NCBI GenBank assembly: GCA_028023455.1 | Contig: JAQFVV010000010.1 | Location: forward strand, 7,378,001 to 7,442,000 | DNA from: Epiperipatus broadwayi | Taxonomy: Eukaryota; Animalia; Onychophora | Direction: 5' to 3' | DNA: 64,000 nt | Shown here: positions 37,261 to 48,871 of the stretch, piece after piece | Layout: the number at the start of each line of letters is the position of its first letter | How positions within the stretch are numbered: the stretch's first letter is position 1 | The notes under the pieces: generated by a model | Told to the model about the DNA's origin: nothing | The model's database searches: none | Seen by the model: the letters and a program-made list of their open reading frames with translations, nothing else | Position numbers and translations under genes: made by a program

Positions 37261-38064
37261 ATCTAACACCAAAGTACCAAAAATCTTTTCTAGACTAGAT
37301 TTCTTTATTTCAACTCTATCTACTATTATTCTATAACTAATATCTTGATTGCTGGATACTTTGTTGTTGATAAATGATAAAACAAAGCAAAATCTGTAAC
37401 AATGTCTATGCTTTAATGGCAATTTTGAAAAATTGCTGTTCCTGTCACCATAACTAGTATTTTGTTAACATTTTATCATAATCCTATCTTTTCACTTTTG
37501 TCCTTTAATTTTCTAAATAAAAATCTTGAGGACTTCTCTATTTTCAATCATGTGTATATTTTGTCATCAATATGTGGATTAATGGTTGGGTGGAAGGTGG
37601 GGCATTTGCTTGTCCAATCTTGTTCTCTTATTATACATTCAGTTTATAATACAAATTGAAAACTAAAAAAATTTTGTCTAAAAGTAGTTGGAACATTAAA
37701 TTTTGAAAAATATTTCACAAAAATAAATAAGATAATTATTTATTGAGAAAAAGAAAAATTCCAATATTGATTCAAATAAGTATAGAAAATGGCATTAATA
37801 AGTTGTATCTAATATAAATTAAAATTATCTAATGATTTTTTCCCTCTCTGCCTTTAAGATTTCTCCAAATTTTGAATAAATGGTATTTTACTTCAAATTC
37901 AGATAGATTGATGAGAAAATAGATTAAATATAAATCAATTTCCACTCTACCAAAATAAATAATAACATATTCAGGACAAAATAAAACTCGAAAAAACAAG
38001 ATAATAAATAATTTGAATAACAACAAAGCACTTAATTGGGATGCAATGCACTGTGACTTCTCCT

Positions 38065-38968
38065 TATATAGAGTCAGGAATCTCTCAGCCACTATGCCCA
38101 GAGAAACCTGTTAGCCACTTTCCATTCCCTGCCCTAAGTTTTCCCCATATTCTTCTCTATCCTACTCCACCTCATTTCCACAACATAATCTTTGTCAATT
38201 CCATGGTCTTTATATCTAAATTCTCCTTATCCTTTCCCAAACCCAGCATAAAAACCAATAATCCACTTTCTGTATAATCACTTTGTTTATACTTATTCTT
38301 CCACAACTTCATTATTTATATTCTTTCTACTTTCAGGTATTTACATTCAATTAACAAATGCCTAATATTTGCACCCCAATATTCCATTTATTTCTATGTA
38401 TATTTAAATTCTTTTTACTCTCCATACTAGTTCTCCACCTCTCCAACTGCCTATTCTTTATTGATACATCCATTCTTCTATCCGATTCCTTGCCACTATA
38501 ACACTCAACAATTCTCCTAACACAATCATCCCATTTTTTGTATAAGTACTGGCATAAATTCTTAATTGTGATGTGATAAATTATGGCTTCTCCTTAAACA
38601 AAATCAAGAATATCTCAGCAATTATGCCCAGATAAACCTGTTAGCCACTTTATTTTTCATTCCCCACTCTAAATTTTCCCATAATCTGCTCTATCCCATT
38701 TCCACAACATAATCTTTATCAACTCTATAACCTTTATATCTAAACCCCCCTTATCTTTTCCTAAACCCAGCATAAAAACCAATAATTCACTTTCTGTATA
38801 ATCACTTTTTTCATATTTATTCTTCCATAACTTCATTATATGTACCCTTTCTGTTTTCAAACATTTACATTCAATTAACAAATGCCTAATATTTTCAATT
38901 CCTTCCTTACATAATTTACAAAATAAATCACCCATATTTTTCAATTTAACTCTCTTCTCTAGTGCCAT
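38065..38968 (-). mobile_element. Two tandem, diverged copies of an L1/Tx1-like LINE 3' segment (zinc-finger)
   Basis: FCKLCKEGIENIRHLLIECKCL (ORF 38669-38968). A second copy, NIRHLLIECKYL...GLLVFMLGLGKDK, lies ~540 bp to the left. Confidence 0.78.
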
Positions 38969-39714
38969 CTATTGCAAATTTGAATAATTAATAACTACCA
39001 GATGCTTGATTGCATTTTAAGTCCCTATCCTTAGATAGTTTCTGGTTTTTGCTTTATTGATAAGACTTTGGATTCAAATGTGCTAAGAAAGAACTGAAGG
39101 TATTAAAATATATAGATACTGGATTGATTTGATCACTTCAAGCTAATTGATTTAGATTCAAAACTGATTTGAATTTCAAATTTTTAACTTGAATAGTAAA
39201 ATAGAATTAAAGCAATTGTTAGATGCATAACTGCATTATTCCAGATTTAAAACCCAAATCTCAATGATAAAGACAAAAGTCAAAAACTGGGCTGAAAATA
39301 GGAATTTAAAAGCAAAAGGATGTCAGGCAATTAATGATTACTTAAGCTTACAGTAAAGTGCACTAGAATAGAGAGAGCTACTTGCTTTAATATACAATTT
39401 GCTGATTAAAATAAGTAGTTCAAACTGTTGTGAAAAGAAAATAAAGAAAATCTAATGAAAAAATAAGAATGGTTCCTAGATGAATCTCCAGTCAAGGAAA
39501 AAACAACCCCTAAATGATTAGTTGTGCACAATTTATCAATTTTGCGCTCAAAAATCATTCAATATTTCAAATAACTGTCCACACAATTCAAAATTAAGAA
39601 AATCTCATTTTTATTTATAGAAAAGCAAACTAATAAAAAATGCAGCAATAATAATAATAATCAAACAGCTCTTGTTCAGGAATTCATAAAAAGTCAGAGT
39701 GCCAGAAATTCCAG

Positions 39715-39785
39715 AACTGGAATCAATCTGTGGGCTTTACATTTCAGAGTCTAACCCTCAATCACTGCATTAATCCATGTAGTGT
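39715..39785 (-). mobile_element. Possible degenerate tRNA-derived SINE head
   Basis: Minus strand ...TAATGCAGTGATTGAGGGTTAGACTCTGAAATG...GATTGATTCC loosely resembles A and B boxes. Confidence 0.28.
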
Positions 39786-40767
39786 AAAAAAATGCAAGTG
39801 AAAGTCTTTTATTAGTCATGTATTTATAATTAATTGTATCTACTATATTATATAAATTAATAGAAATAATTATTTTCTTAACTCAGAATTTTAAAATTTA
39901 CTAAATCCTAATATTTGTAATTATAATGGAATGAATGAATGGTTTCAAGGTGATAGACAACTGGAATAATAAAAATAGTTTGAATGGATATCAATAATTA
40001 GGTAATTACTTTTCTCACATATTACCATTCAAAACAATTTTTTCCATAACTTGCTAATATTTATTTCAATTAATTGTAGAAATAATTTACTTACTGACAT
40101 AGACATGACAATTGTTATAAACTTCAAATCAATAGATACAATCAAGTAAGAAAAAAAAACCATCTGAATAGCTTGCAAAAACACATTCTCTTTTGAGAAT
40201 GTGATGAAATAAAAATTAGCCTGGAAATCAGGTTGACATTAATTTTTTAATACTCATGCATGTGTAGACTTTTCCATGAGAAAAGTGGACAGCTATTGTA
40301 AAATGCAAATTAAATGCAAGCTAGGGGAGTTACAGTGCTACTTTGATTTGATGTATATAGTCCTTTTATTAAAAGGTCGAAGTATCTACAGTTAACTCAT
40401 AATTAAAATCATTTAACACTTATTTATTGATGTGATACCAACTATATTTATGTTCAAATTCTTAGATATTTAAAAGAACAAGACTCATTAATATTAGATT
40501 TTTTTAAAAGGCTTTTGACATAATATTAGATTGGGCAATTAGGAAAGGCAAATAAAAATATAGAGACTTCTGAGAGAAAAAAAAAGTAATTAGATAAAAT
40601 AAGTTCTAATAATAGGATCAGCATTGATGAAATGAAAAAAAACGAGCTTAGCAAATTGATTTTTTGGAAAAAATAAAAAGAACAAATCTATAATTAAATT
40701 GAGTTATTTCTAATATCTATCAGTTCAATAGAAGCCTATATGCACATATAGTTAGTGTCTTAGTATT

Positions 40768-41138
40768 TTAAAACAGGCAAAACTCTCTATAGTATTGCCA
40801 CTCAGTGCAAGCCAGAGTAATCAATGGATGCCAGAAGGCTTGTACATAAAATCCCCATTTAGCGCCTACTCATCCAATATCCCCAGATTAATTTCTGGCT
40901 TGTGGCCTTCATCAGTGAGGAGCCTTGGATCTGAGAGCACTGCACCTAGATCTAAGATTAAATCTAGGTGCAGTGCTCTCAGATATTGGATGAGTAGGCA
41001 CTAAATGGAGATTTTATGCACAAGCCTTTCTGGTATCCATTGATTATTCTAGCTTGCACTGAGTGGCAATGCGTATAGAGAGTTTTGCCTGTTTTAATAA
41101 CAGTTATAAGCAAACATAAATGATCATGTGATGTTTAT
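40768..41138. mobile_element. HHR-bearing family A, copy 4 (head-to-head arms plus right-side tail)
   Basis: Inverted outer arms, an internal 23-bp perfect hairpin (40929-40984), and the tail AACAGTTATAAGCAAACATAAATGATCATGTGATGTTTAT. Possible degenerate TSD starting TGTCTTA (40756, 41139). Confidence 0.87.
40880..40921 (-). ncRNA. Best-preserved type I hammerhead ribozyme motif (sense to Spred pre-mRNA)
   Basis: Minus strand reads tcctca CTGATGA A GGC CACAA GCC A GAAA TTAA TC tgggga: canonical core, 6-bp stem I, palindromic stem III ATTAAT, AUC cleavage triplet (C17 = 40886). Extra A residues flank stem II. Confidence 0.7.
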
Positions 41139-41959
41139 TGTCTTATGCTTAAATTTTATGATTTGAAATATTGACAAAAAGCATTAGACATAACTCATTA
41201 ATCTAGTTAATTCTTTTTTTCAACATTAGTTATTTCACAATGAAATGACCAGACTAAAGTTTCCTTCCCAAAAATGACCAACATTTTAAAGCAAAACAAT
41301 TTATCATTTTTCAATGAGACTTTTATTTGGTTTTAAAGCATTTTAAATTAATAACATTTAATTAGGACTATAGCCCAATAAAACTGCATATCTACAAATA
41401 TACAATACATAGCTATATTTTATTAACTTTATAAATATTCCCAGTGATTAAAATTATGTAATATATCTAGACTAATATTCTAACTACTGTTTTAATAAGT
41501 AAATAAAATACTCTCAATCAAAAGCATAAGATAAAATTTTTTTAAAGATTAAGAACAGGCTGTCTTCTCTCTTTATTTCAATTTCTTTTATTGAGGCTTA
41601 TTGAGATAAAGAGAGAAGTCAGTTCCTTTCTTTCTTCTAAAAAGTTTTGTCTTGCTTGTGCTTTGGATTGAGAACATTTCATTTTCATTTACTTAATAAG
41701 CCAGTAATTAGAGTATTCATCTCAATGTTTTGCATTATAAAATAAATAGTATTAAAACAAAAAAATCTTTAAAAAAATAAAATAATTTACAAAGTTCTTT
41801 TATTTGCTTTGATTAGATAAAAGTAAAAAAGTAGGAAGAAAGTTTTATTTTAGATGTGATAATATATTGGACTATTTCCATTATCTATCATTAAATGTTG
41901 AATGTCTAGAATTTTTTTAAACTTTAGTGAAAATAATATGTCTACATAAAGAACATGAA

Positions 41960-42330
41960 ATATTTTCATTTCTTCAGGAGAAACTCTTTTTTCTGGAATA
42001 CTTCAACATCATGTCTAATTGTATCTCTCCAATATATTGTATTCTCTGCCATATCTTTCCAATGAAAACAATCTACATTGTGTTTCTTTAGATAATCTGT
42101 GAGATAATTCTTATAACATAAATAAGATGTATTTTTACCACAAAAAACTGTGCTCAAGTTCACCATTAAATACTCTTTTAATAAGTGTTGCACTATCCCA
42201 TTCAATTTATAATAATACTCTAGTATCATATCCAGCAAAAAAAGCATCATCATTTTCAACAATATACGATTTTGCCATTGTTTTAATATTGTATCAATAC
42301 GATGTCAAATCCTCATTTCCACATAATAAA
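41960..42330 (-). mobile_element. RTE-like LINE 3' remnant
   Basis: RVFNGEL...YLTDYLKKHNVDCFHWKDMAENTIYWRDTI matches the RTE C-terminus (LYGEL...LKxxxID...WExLAxDRxxWR). Confidence 0.7.
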
Positions 42331-45300
42331 TTAAATAAAATAACAGCCTATATATGGTTTAATTGCAGTAGTTATTTCCCTATGATGAAATATTCCATTC
42401 TTTAATTCAATAAAAGCAGTAGCACATTGGAGTTTGTATTACATCTCAACATCTAACTTTACCTTGCTATTTATGAAACTATTAAGATATTTAAAGTGGT
42501 TTACATTCTCAAGTTAATGTGAAAAGTTGTTGAGAATTTTTTTTCCATTATTGGTTGATAAACATATAAAATAAAAAGTTTGCAATTGTATGCTAAAAGC
42601 CTAACTTCAAAACAAATAGCAAAGACTATAATTTCCAAACTACAGTATAATTTTTTTAATAAAAAAATTTATTTGAATTGTTAAAAAATTATATCAGAAG
42701 TAAAAAAAAAAATTACATCATAATGTATTTGTGCTGTAGTACAATTGCGGAGATATGTTTATCATAACTTTTTTGATCTAATAGTTGTCGTGTGTCAGCT
42801 ATAATTAATTACTGGTTATTTTTCCGACCGTGTAATGTGTCCGCCTAATGGCGCTGTTGCTTGCAAAAATAATGAAATGTAACATTACCAGGCCGATAAT
42901 TTTTTGCTTTCCGCTCTGCGCCAATTTTTCAAATTATTTTTAAAAAATTTCCGATGGGAAATTATGTTTACATTTCCGATGGTATTTAACACAATTTTTA
43001 TTTTTAAAAAAATATAAAACAAAGAGTTTGAAAATGTCTTATTTTTTGACTGAAAATTAGAAAAAAATACATGCAGTAGTCTCAGCGAACAAAGCTGTCA
43101 GTGCGCAGCACTGGAATAGAGGGGGGATACGATGGTTTTGACGATTCTTTGGATCGTCCAATACATCCACTAGTCTGAGCGAACATAGCTGGCAGCGCGT
43201 AATGCTAGAATGTTGACTCATAAATCTCTACACACATTAAAGTTATTTAAATATGAATATTAGTAATATTCATACAATTATTAAAATGGCATATATACTA
43301 TAGACATTAGGGATTTAATAATTAATGATAATCAGATTTAAGTATATTTTAAAACATGATTACAAAACACATTAACATTATATATGTATTTAATGCAAAA
43401 CATAAATGACATTAATCCATATTCATATTAAAAATTCAAGATTTACAAAATAATAATGAAGATCATTGGACTTATATGCAGCCTAAATTAATTTTTGCAT
43501 TTTTAAAGGTAAACGGTTCTGAGTCTATGAATCATTCCATTGGATTCCTTATCAATTAAAGACATTGTAGCCTCTTTTGTCAAATCAGAATTTTTTATTA
43601 ATTAGAGTGACATGAAGGCTTTTCTTAGAATTAAGAGAATCATTTCCAAAAAATGATCATTAATTATTTACATTTCTGTCCATAAATGGTATGATTATAA
43701 AGAGCGTTTAAACTGCATTCCTAACATTAATATATGTATAACTTTATAATTAATTTCACATTTCTTAGCATAATTTGCATATGCTTATTCCTGTGCACAT
43801 TATGATACTTAATTGCATTTACATATATAATTTGTATATTTATTTCTGAGGTTCATGTTGACTTTTATGTCTATACACATATACAATACATAGTTTAAAC
43901 ATGCAATCAAATCTTGCTATATATATATGGCAATAAAAAAATAAAAAAGCAACTTCACTTGGATAAAATGTTTAGCAAAATACTAAAAATCTAAGCTCTT
44001 CATAGTCAAGTAATTATAAATGATATTTATCATACACAAAAAATTAAAGCAATAAATTTATTTTTTCCTTAATTAAATAATGCTGAGGGGGGGGGGTAGA
44101 CATAGTGATGACCTAATGTCAAGCCAATCACTAGGCAACCAAGTATGGAAGCTTATTTTTACTTACAATCAATATATGTGCAACAATACAGCTACAGCTA
44201 CAGAAAAGGAAATGCTCGTATACTAAAGCCAGAAACTAGGCCCAGTATAAAAGCAAACCCAGTTCATTTCCGTTGTTTTTGTTATTTCTCAAATGCTATA
44301 ATAACTGCATGAAGCCAACTTTTGAAGGAATGTTAGAATCCAAGACAAAATGGACGACTCATTTGAACATTTCAAATCATTCATATAATCTTTGTGCACA
44401 AAATTATAAGAAATTATAGTTAACATTTAAACAAAAAAAAGTTTAATCAATTCGTGCAATTTGACAAAAGAACTGAATTAATTTTAAATTGATATTTAAA
44501 AATTAAAACCTGCATTATTATTTGAACATGGAGAAAAAAGAAGTAAAACATCCCAGCATATATATAAATGATGAAGTAACTTTTTTCTTATATAAATCAT
44601 TAAAAAATGCCAAATAATAAATTAAGAAAAAGTAAATCTATTATGAACTGTTACACAATGTATTCCGGCTAAATTAACCTATTTGCCTATACAATGCCTA
44701 AAGTAACATCAAAAAATCCTACAAGAAGCGTCTAAATGGATTCAGAAGGAAAGCAACTGCAGAAAATCGAAACACCACCATTCAAGCATGTTGCCAAAGA
44801 ATTCTCGTGAGAGATAAATCATTTACCGAAGGTAGATGATCTGAAGGGAAATAGACTGTGTCCATAAGAGACATTACCACTAAACTAATGACAATAATCA
44901 AAATAAACTAATGAACATTTTGATTTATTATATATATTATTTTATTTGACTCCATACTTGGTAGTTTAGAACTGTAGAAGATTCCATTATGATAGAAAGT
45001 AAGAAAGTAAAGGGGGGAAATTTATTAAATTATATTTTTTTTATGTTAAATAAAGTTTAGGTCAGCTTTCTCTCTGTAGTGACTTAACATTTGATATCAC
45101 CACTATTATATGGAATGAGGTTAGACTTTTTTTATACTATTCCATAATAAGCACATTCACTACTACAGGAGAGATTTTGTTTTATTTGTTAATTATTAAC
45201 TAACAATTATTTATGTTTATTTTTTCAGTATGAATGACTAACCTTCTTTCATAGATGCTCTTTCCTATCAACCATAGGGAATTATACATACATAGGGGAG

Positions 45301-45552
45301 TCCCCCCAAAGAAGACGGAACATCAATAACTGGAATTGAACGACGAGGCTGTCATGGATATACTTATATATCATAAACTGGTTAGTCAGTTTCGCGGTCA
45401 ATTTGATAAAATTTTTTAATTATTTTGCTTTGTAAATAATTAGTGCCTCGTTATGTACTTCTACCATGGGTTAAGGTTGGAATAGTAAATATGTTAATCA
45501 TTAATATGGTAGAAATGCATTCTTGACACATACATTTATATTTTTTTTAAAA

Positions 45553-45783
45553 TCATGTTAAGAGTTTTTGAATTTTTATGTTATTATCAATAAACATTTT
45601 AAATTTGTTTTTCATTAAATTGGTCTCTAGTTTATCAAAATATTTTATACCTTCACTCATCAACTTATAACTGGATATATATACACCCACACACCCATTC
45701 TCATATGGTGATATAATATGATTGGATGGATCTTTAATTGAAACATATAGAAGTGTGGTAGTTGCTATCTGGTGTAAATTCAT
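45553..45783 (-). mobile_element. LINE 3'-end remnant (CR1/L2-like?)
   Basis: GIKYFDKLETNLMKNKFKMF resembles the GIKxFNxLP terminal RT motif. Confidence 0.4.
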
Positions 45784-46029
45784 CCCTGAAGAGAGCTGAA
45801 GGCAAGATTCTCCCTGAGTTTGAATACTGAGGCATAATGGAATCCGAAAGAGGGATGAGGTATGGATGAGCTAGCCACAATTGTATCTAAATTTAATGTG
45901 TAAACTTAGAGCTAGCCCATTGGCGGTAGATATGATCATAGGTTAGGTACTTCATCACGTCATTCAATTTCATAACCAAGACCCTAGGTCCAACCGTAGT
46001 GAGATATGTTCCCTCTCTTCTGGTTGCCG

Positions 46030-47400
46030 TTATATTTTATTACTCTACATCCTACATTTGCTCCTCCATAGTCTAAATAATTATTAGAGAACAAGTGATA
46101 TACTGCATCCTTGCCTAACTCCACTTTCTATACTCATTTCATCAATCTCATTACTCCCTAATTTAATTCTTATCCTTTGTTCAGTATACATATTCCAAAT
46201 CAATCTTCTCTTTTTCCAAAATATTCCTATCTTTAAAGATGGGCATAAGTTTATTCCAGACTACTTTATCAAATGCTTTTTCCAAATCCACAAAACATAT
46301 GCCAATTCCTTTATCTTTTTCAATATAGCTCTCTGCAATTGTTCTAAAAAACACCAATAGCATCTCCTGTACTTTTCCCTTTCTGAAAACCAAACTGTTA
46401 TTCTCCAATATAATACTCCATGTTCCATAAACTCTTTTAACAAAAACCTCAATAAAACTTCAGAAGCATGAGATAACTTATGTTCTATACTCTTTACATT
46501 TAACAGCCTTCTTTTTAGCAATTGGAATCATTATAGTTCTTAAAAAATCTTCAGGCCAAACTGTGCTGTTATATATCAAATTGCAAAGTCCAATTATTTA
46601 TTCTCCCATTTAATCCAACAGCATTACCATTCTTTATTTGTGCAAATGATTTTCTTACTTCATCTGAAAATATGTCCATAACATTATCATCTATTTCAAT
46701 ATCTTCTTCATTTTCAAGTTTCATAATTAATAAAATTATATTCTCTACTAAATAGACACTGAAAATATTCTTTCCATCTTTTTAATATATCATTGCTATC
46801 AATTAATCACTTTCCATTCTTATCAGCAATCTTGACATCCGACCCATGTCTTTTTCTTCCAAGTGACATTTCATATTCTATCAAATACCAGATCATATCT
46901 TTTTACCCGCTGAAGCATTTCTATTTTTTACATTCTTGCTCAAACCATTTCTTTTTTTTTTTTTTGCTAAATTTCTTTCTTTTCTTAGCTCATTATAAAT
47001 TTTTCTATATGCACTTTTTCCTTCCTCAATATTTACATTCTTCTGTCTTCTTTGTGTATTTCCATATTTCCCAACACACCTTCAATAATCCAAGGCCATC
47101 TTGCTTCTCCTTACCGAATAATACCTATTTAATTTTTTGCTGTGTTTAAAAATCCTTCTTCAATTCTATACCAATACTTATCAGGACTATTAATATATTC
47201 CTCATCTTGAACAATCCTTTTTATTTCATTCTCACATATTAAACCAATTTTTTTTTTCCATTTCTCTCAATTTATCCAAGTCCCATCTTATATATCTTTC
47301 CTCTCTTTTAATTCTTTTTAAACTCAACTTTAATTTAACCATAACCAAATTATGATCTGTATGAAATCATAGCACATCCATTCCAATCCTTTTCTCCAGA
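46030..47400 (-). mobile_element. RTE-clade LINE RT fragment
   Basis: WPEDFLRTIMIPIAKK, ASEVLLRF, FRKGK, ICFVDLEKAFDKVVWNKL and a GVRQG-like motif, with frameshifts. Confidence 0.87.
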
Positions 47401-47699
47401 GATCCTCAGTTATCAGCATCTGAAGCACTCCTCCAAAAAAAAAAACAACCAACAAATCATCAAAAGATTTAAAAGTTAACAATGGAACTTCGAATGAGCA
47501 ATTGACGACACAGATAGCTGGATAATTATGACTGATGAATGGATCATCAAAAAGAGTTGCATTATCATACAAACATAAATATTTTAAGTGCATATTCACA
47601 TTACATATAGCACAGCTTATATAACCATATAATACATATTAAGGCTGTTTTTTAATTACTATATATACTAAGTTAAGGTGTTAGTTCATAGCTTATATT

Positions 47700-47830
47700 G
47701 TAATTTTTAACTAGAGTAACCAGCCAATTTTTTCCTCATAGGGAATCCTTATAATTACTTGTTTTTTACACAATATTCTTGCTTAACGATGAGTTTTGGA
47801 GAAACGATTGCCCTCGCTAAGTGGGTTAAA
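47700..47830. mobile_element. Possible Tigger/pogo terminal fragment
   Basis: TCTTGCTTAACGATGAGTTTTGGAGAAACGATTGCCCTCGCTAAGTGGG resembles pogo-type subterminal repeats. Confidence 0.3.
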
Positions 47831-48353
47831 AATATATACAATATTATGATTTGATAATAGGATTAACATTTGGTTAATGTATCTTATCTAATTTCCATAT
47901 AATGGCCTTGCAAGATAATAGGTATTTTCATTTATGTATTCAAAATAAAGATTTTCATCTTAACATATACAAAAAGCATTGAATGCCAGTTTCATTCAAT
48001 GCAGTAGGTAATATACTTTGATCAGGTATAACCAAGCATATTAAATTTTGAAATGTGTATATTAGATAAGATATAGTCATTCAAGAAGTTTTATGAATCA
48101 AAATTCTTAATGTTATTTTGCTTGCAGCACAAAATACATTTATCGTAACTGTTAAATATTTATTATAATTTCAAATTATTTTAAGGGGGTGCATTATACA
48201 GTTAATAATCAACTTTATCTTGCAACTTGTTTCTGATATTCAAGATAATGGTAGCTGTTAAAAAAATACATATATCTTTACAGTATAGAAATAAAACAAA
48301 CTAACTCCTTTTTAAAACTTGATTTATTATGACTATAATCATGAAAAAGAAAT

Positions 48354-48390
48354 CCGACGTTTCGACTATTTTTTATAGTCTTTTTCAAGG
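48354..48390 (-). ncRNA. Non-canonical (U3/A8) minimal hammerhead-like motif with intact ACGU-C site
   Basis: Minus strand reads cc TTGAAAA A GACTAT aaaaa ATAGTC GAAA CG TC gg: 6-bp stem II; stem I is only 2 clear base pairs. Confidence 0.5.
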
Positions 48391-48834
48391 CACACTAAAA
48401 TAAAATATATATACACAATAAGTATCACATATTCCAAAAAAAAAAAAAATTAAATTAATTAAAAATTACAAAATATATCCATAACCAAAATTTTCTTTTT
48501 TTTTTTACCTTATCTCACTCCCCTTTCCTATTACAATCACAACTTAAACACAACTAATTCCTTTTTAAAATTCTATATATATATCAAATAAAAACCTATT
48601 ATTTTCTTTTATCTTTTTTAATAGGTTTTTAATTAAAAGTTTTTATTTGATATATATAGAATTTTAAAAAGGAATTAGTTGTGTTTAAGTTGTGATTGTA
48701 ATAGGAAAGGGGAGTGAGATAAGGTAAAAAAAAGAAAATTTTGGTTATGGATATATTTTGTAATTTTTAATTAATTTAATTTTTTTTTTGGAATATGTGA
48801 TATTTATTGTGTATATATATTTTATTTTAGTGTG

Positions 48835-48871
48835 CCTTGAAAAAGACTATAAAAAATAGTCGAAATGTCGG
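48835..48871 (+). ncRNA. Mirror copy of the family B hammerhead-like motif with a C-to-T change in stem III
   Basis: cc TTGAAAA A GACTAT aaaaa ATAGTC GAAA TG TC gg. Confidence 0.42.

Noticed and set aside
39733-39750. Plus-strand GFTFQS resembling the EVH1 motif GLTFQS
   Set aside because: It is on the wrong strand for this Spred gene, the flanks lack the KKF and PADARAF context, and it overlaps a probable SINE relic.
40089-40121. Minus-strand GTAAGT donor with a possible 27-nt micro-exon (FITIVMSMS)
   Set aside because: Weak exon-side consensus, phase 0/0 is incompatible with the phase-1 intron, and there is no Spred similarity.
44161-44200. Minus-strand GTAAGT donor with a 25-31-nt candidate exon
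   Set aside because: The lengths are not frame-preserving, the donor context is weak, and there is no homology.
45781-45857. catcc-CTGAAGA...GAAA-gag-ggatg hammerhead-like arrangement
   Set aside because: There is no U16.1/H17 cleavage triplet or stem III, and no clean stem II.
47330-47599. 89-aa minus-strand ORF and other isolated 60-120-aa AT-rich ORFs
   Set aside because: No motifs or splice support, and the F/I/L/K-biased composition is expected from random AT-rich sequence.
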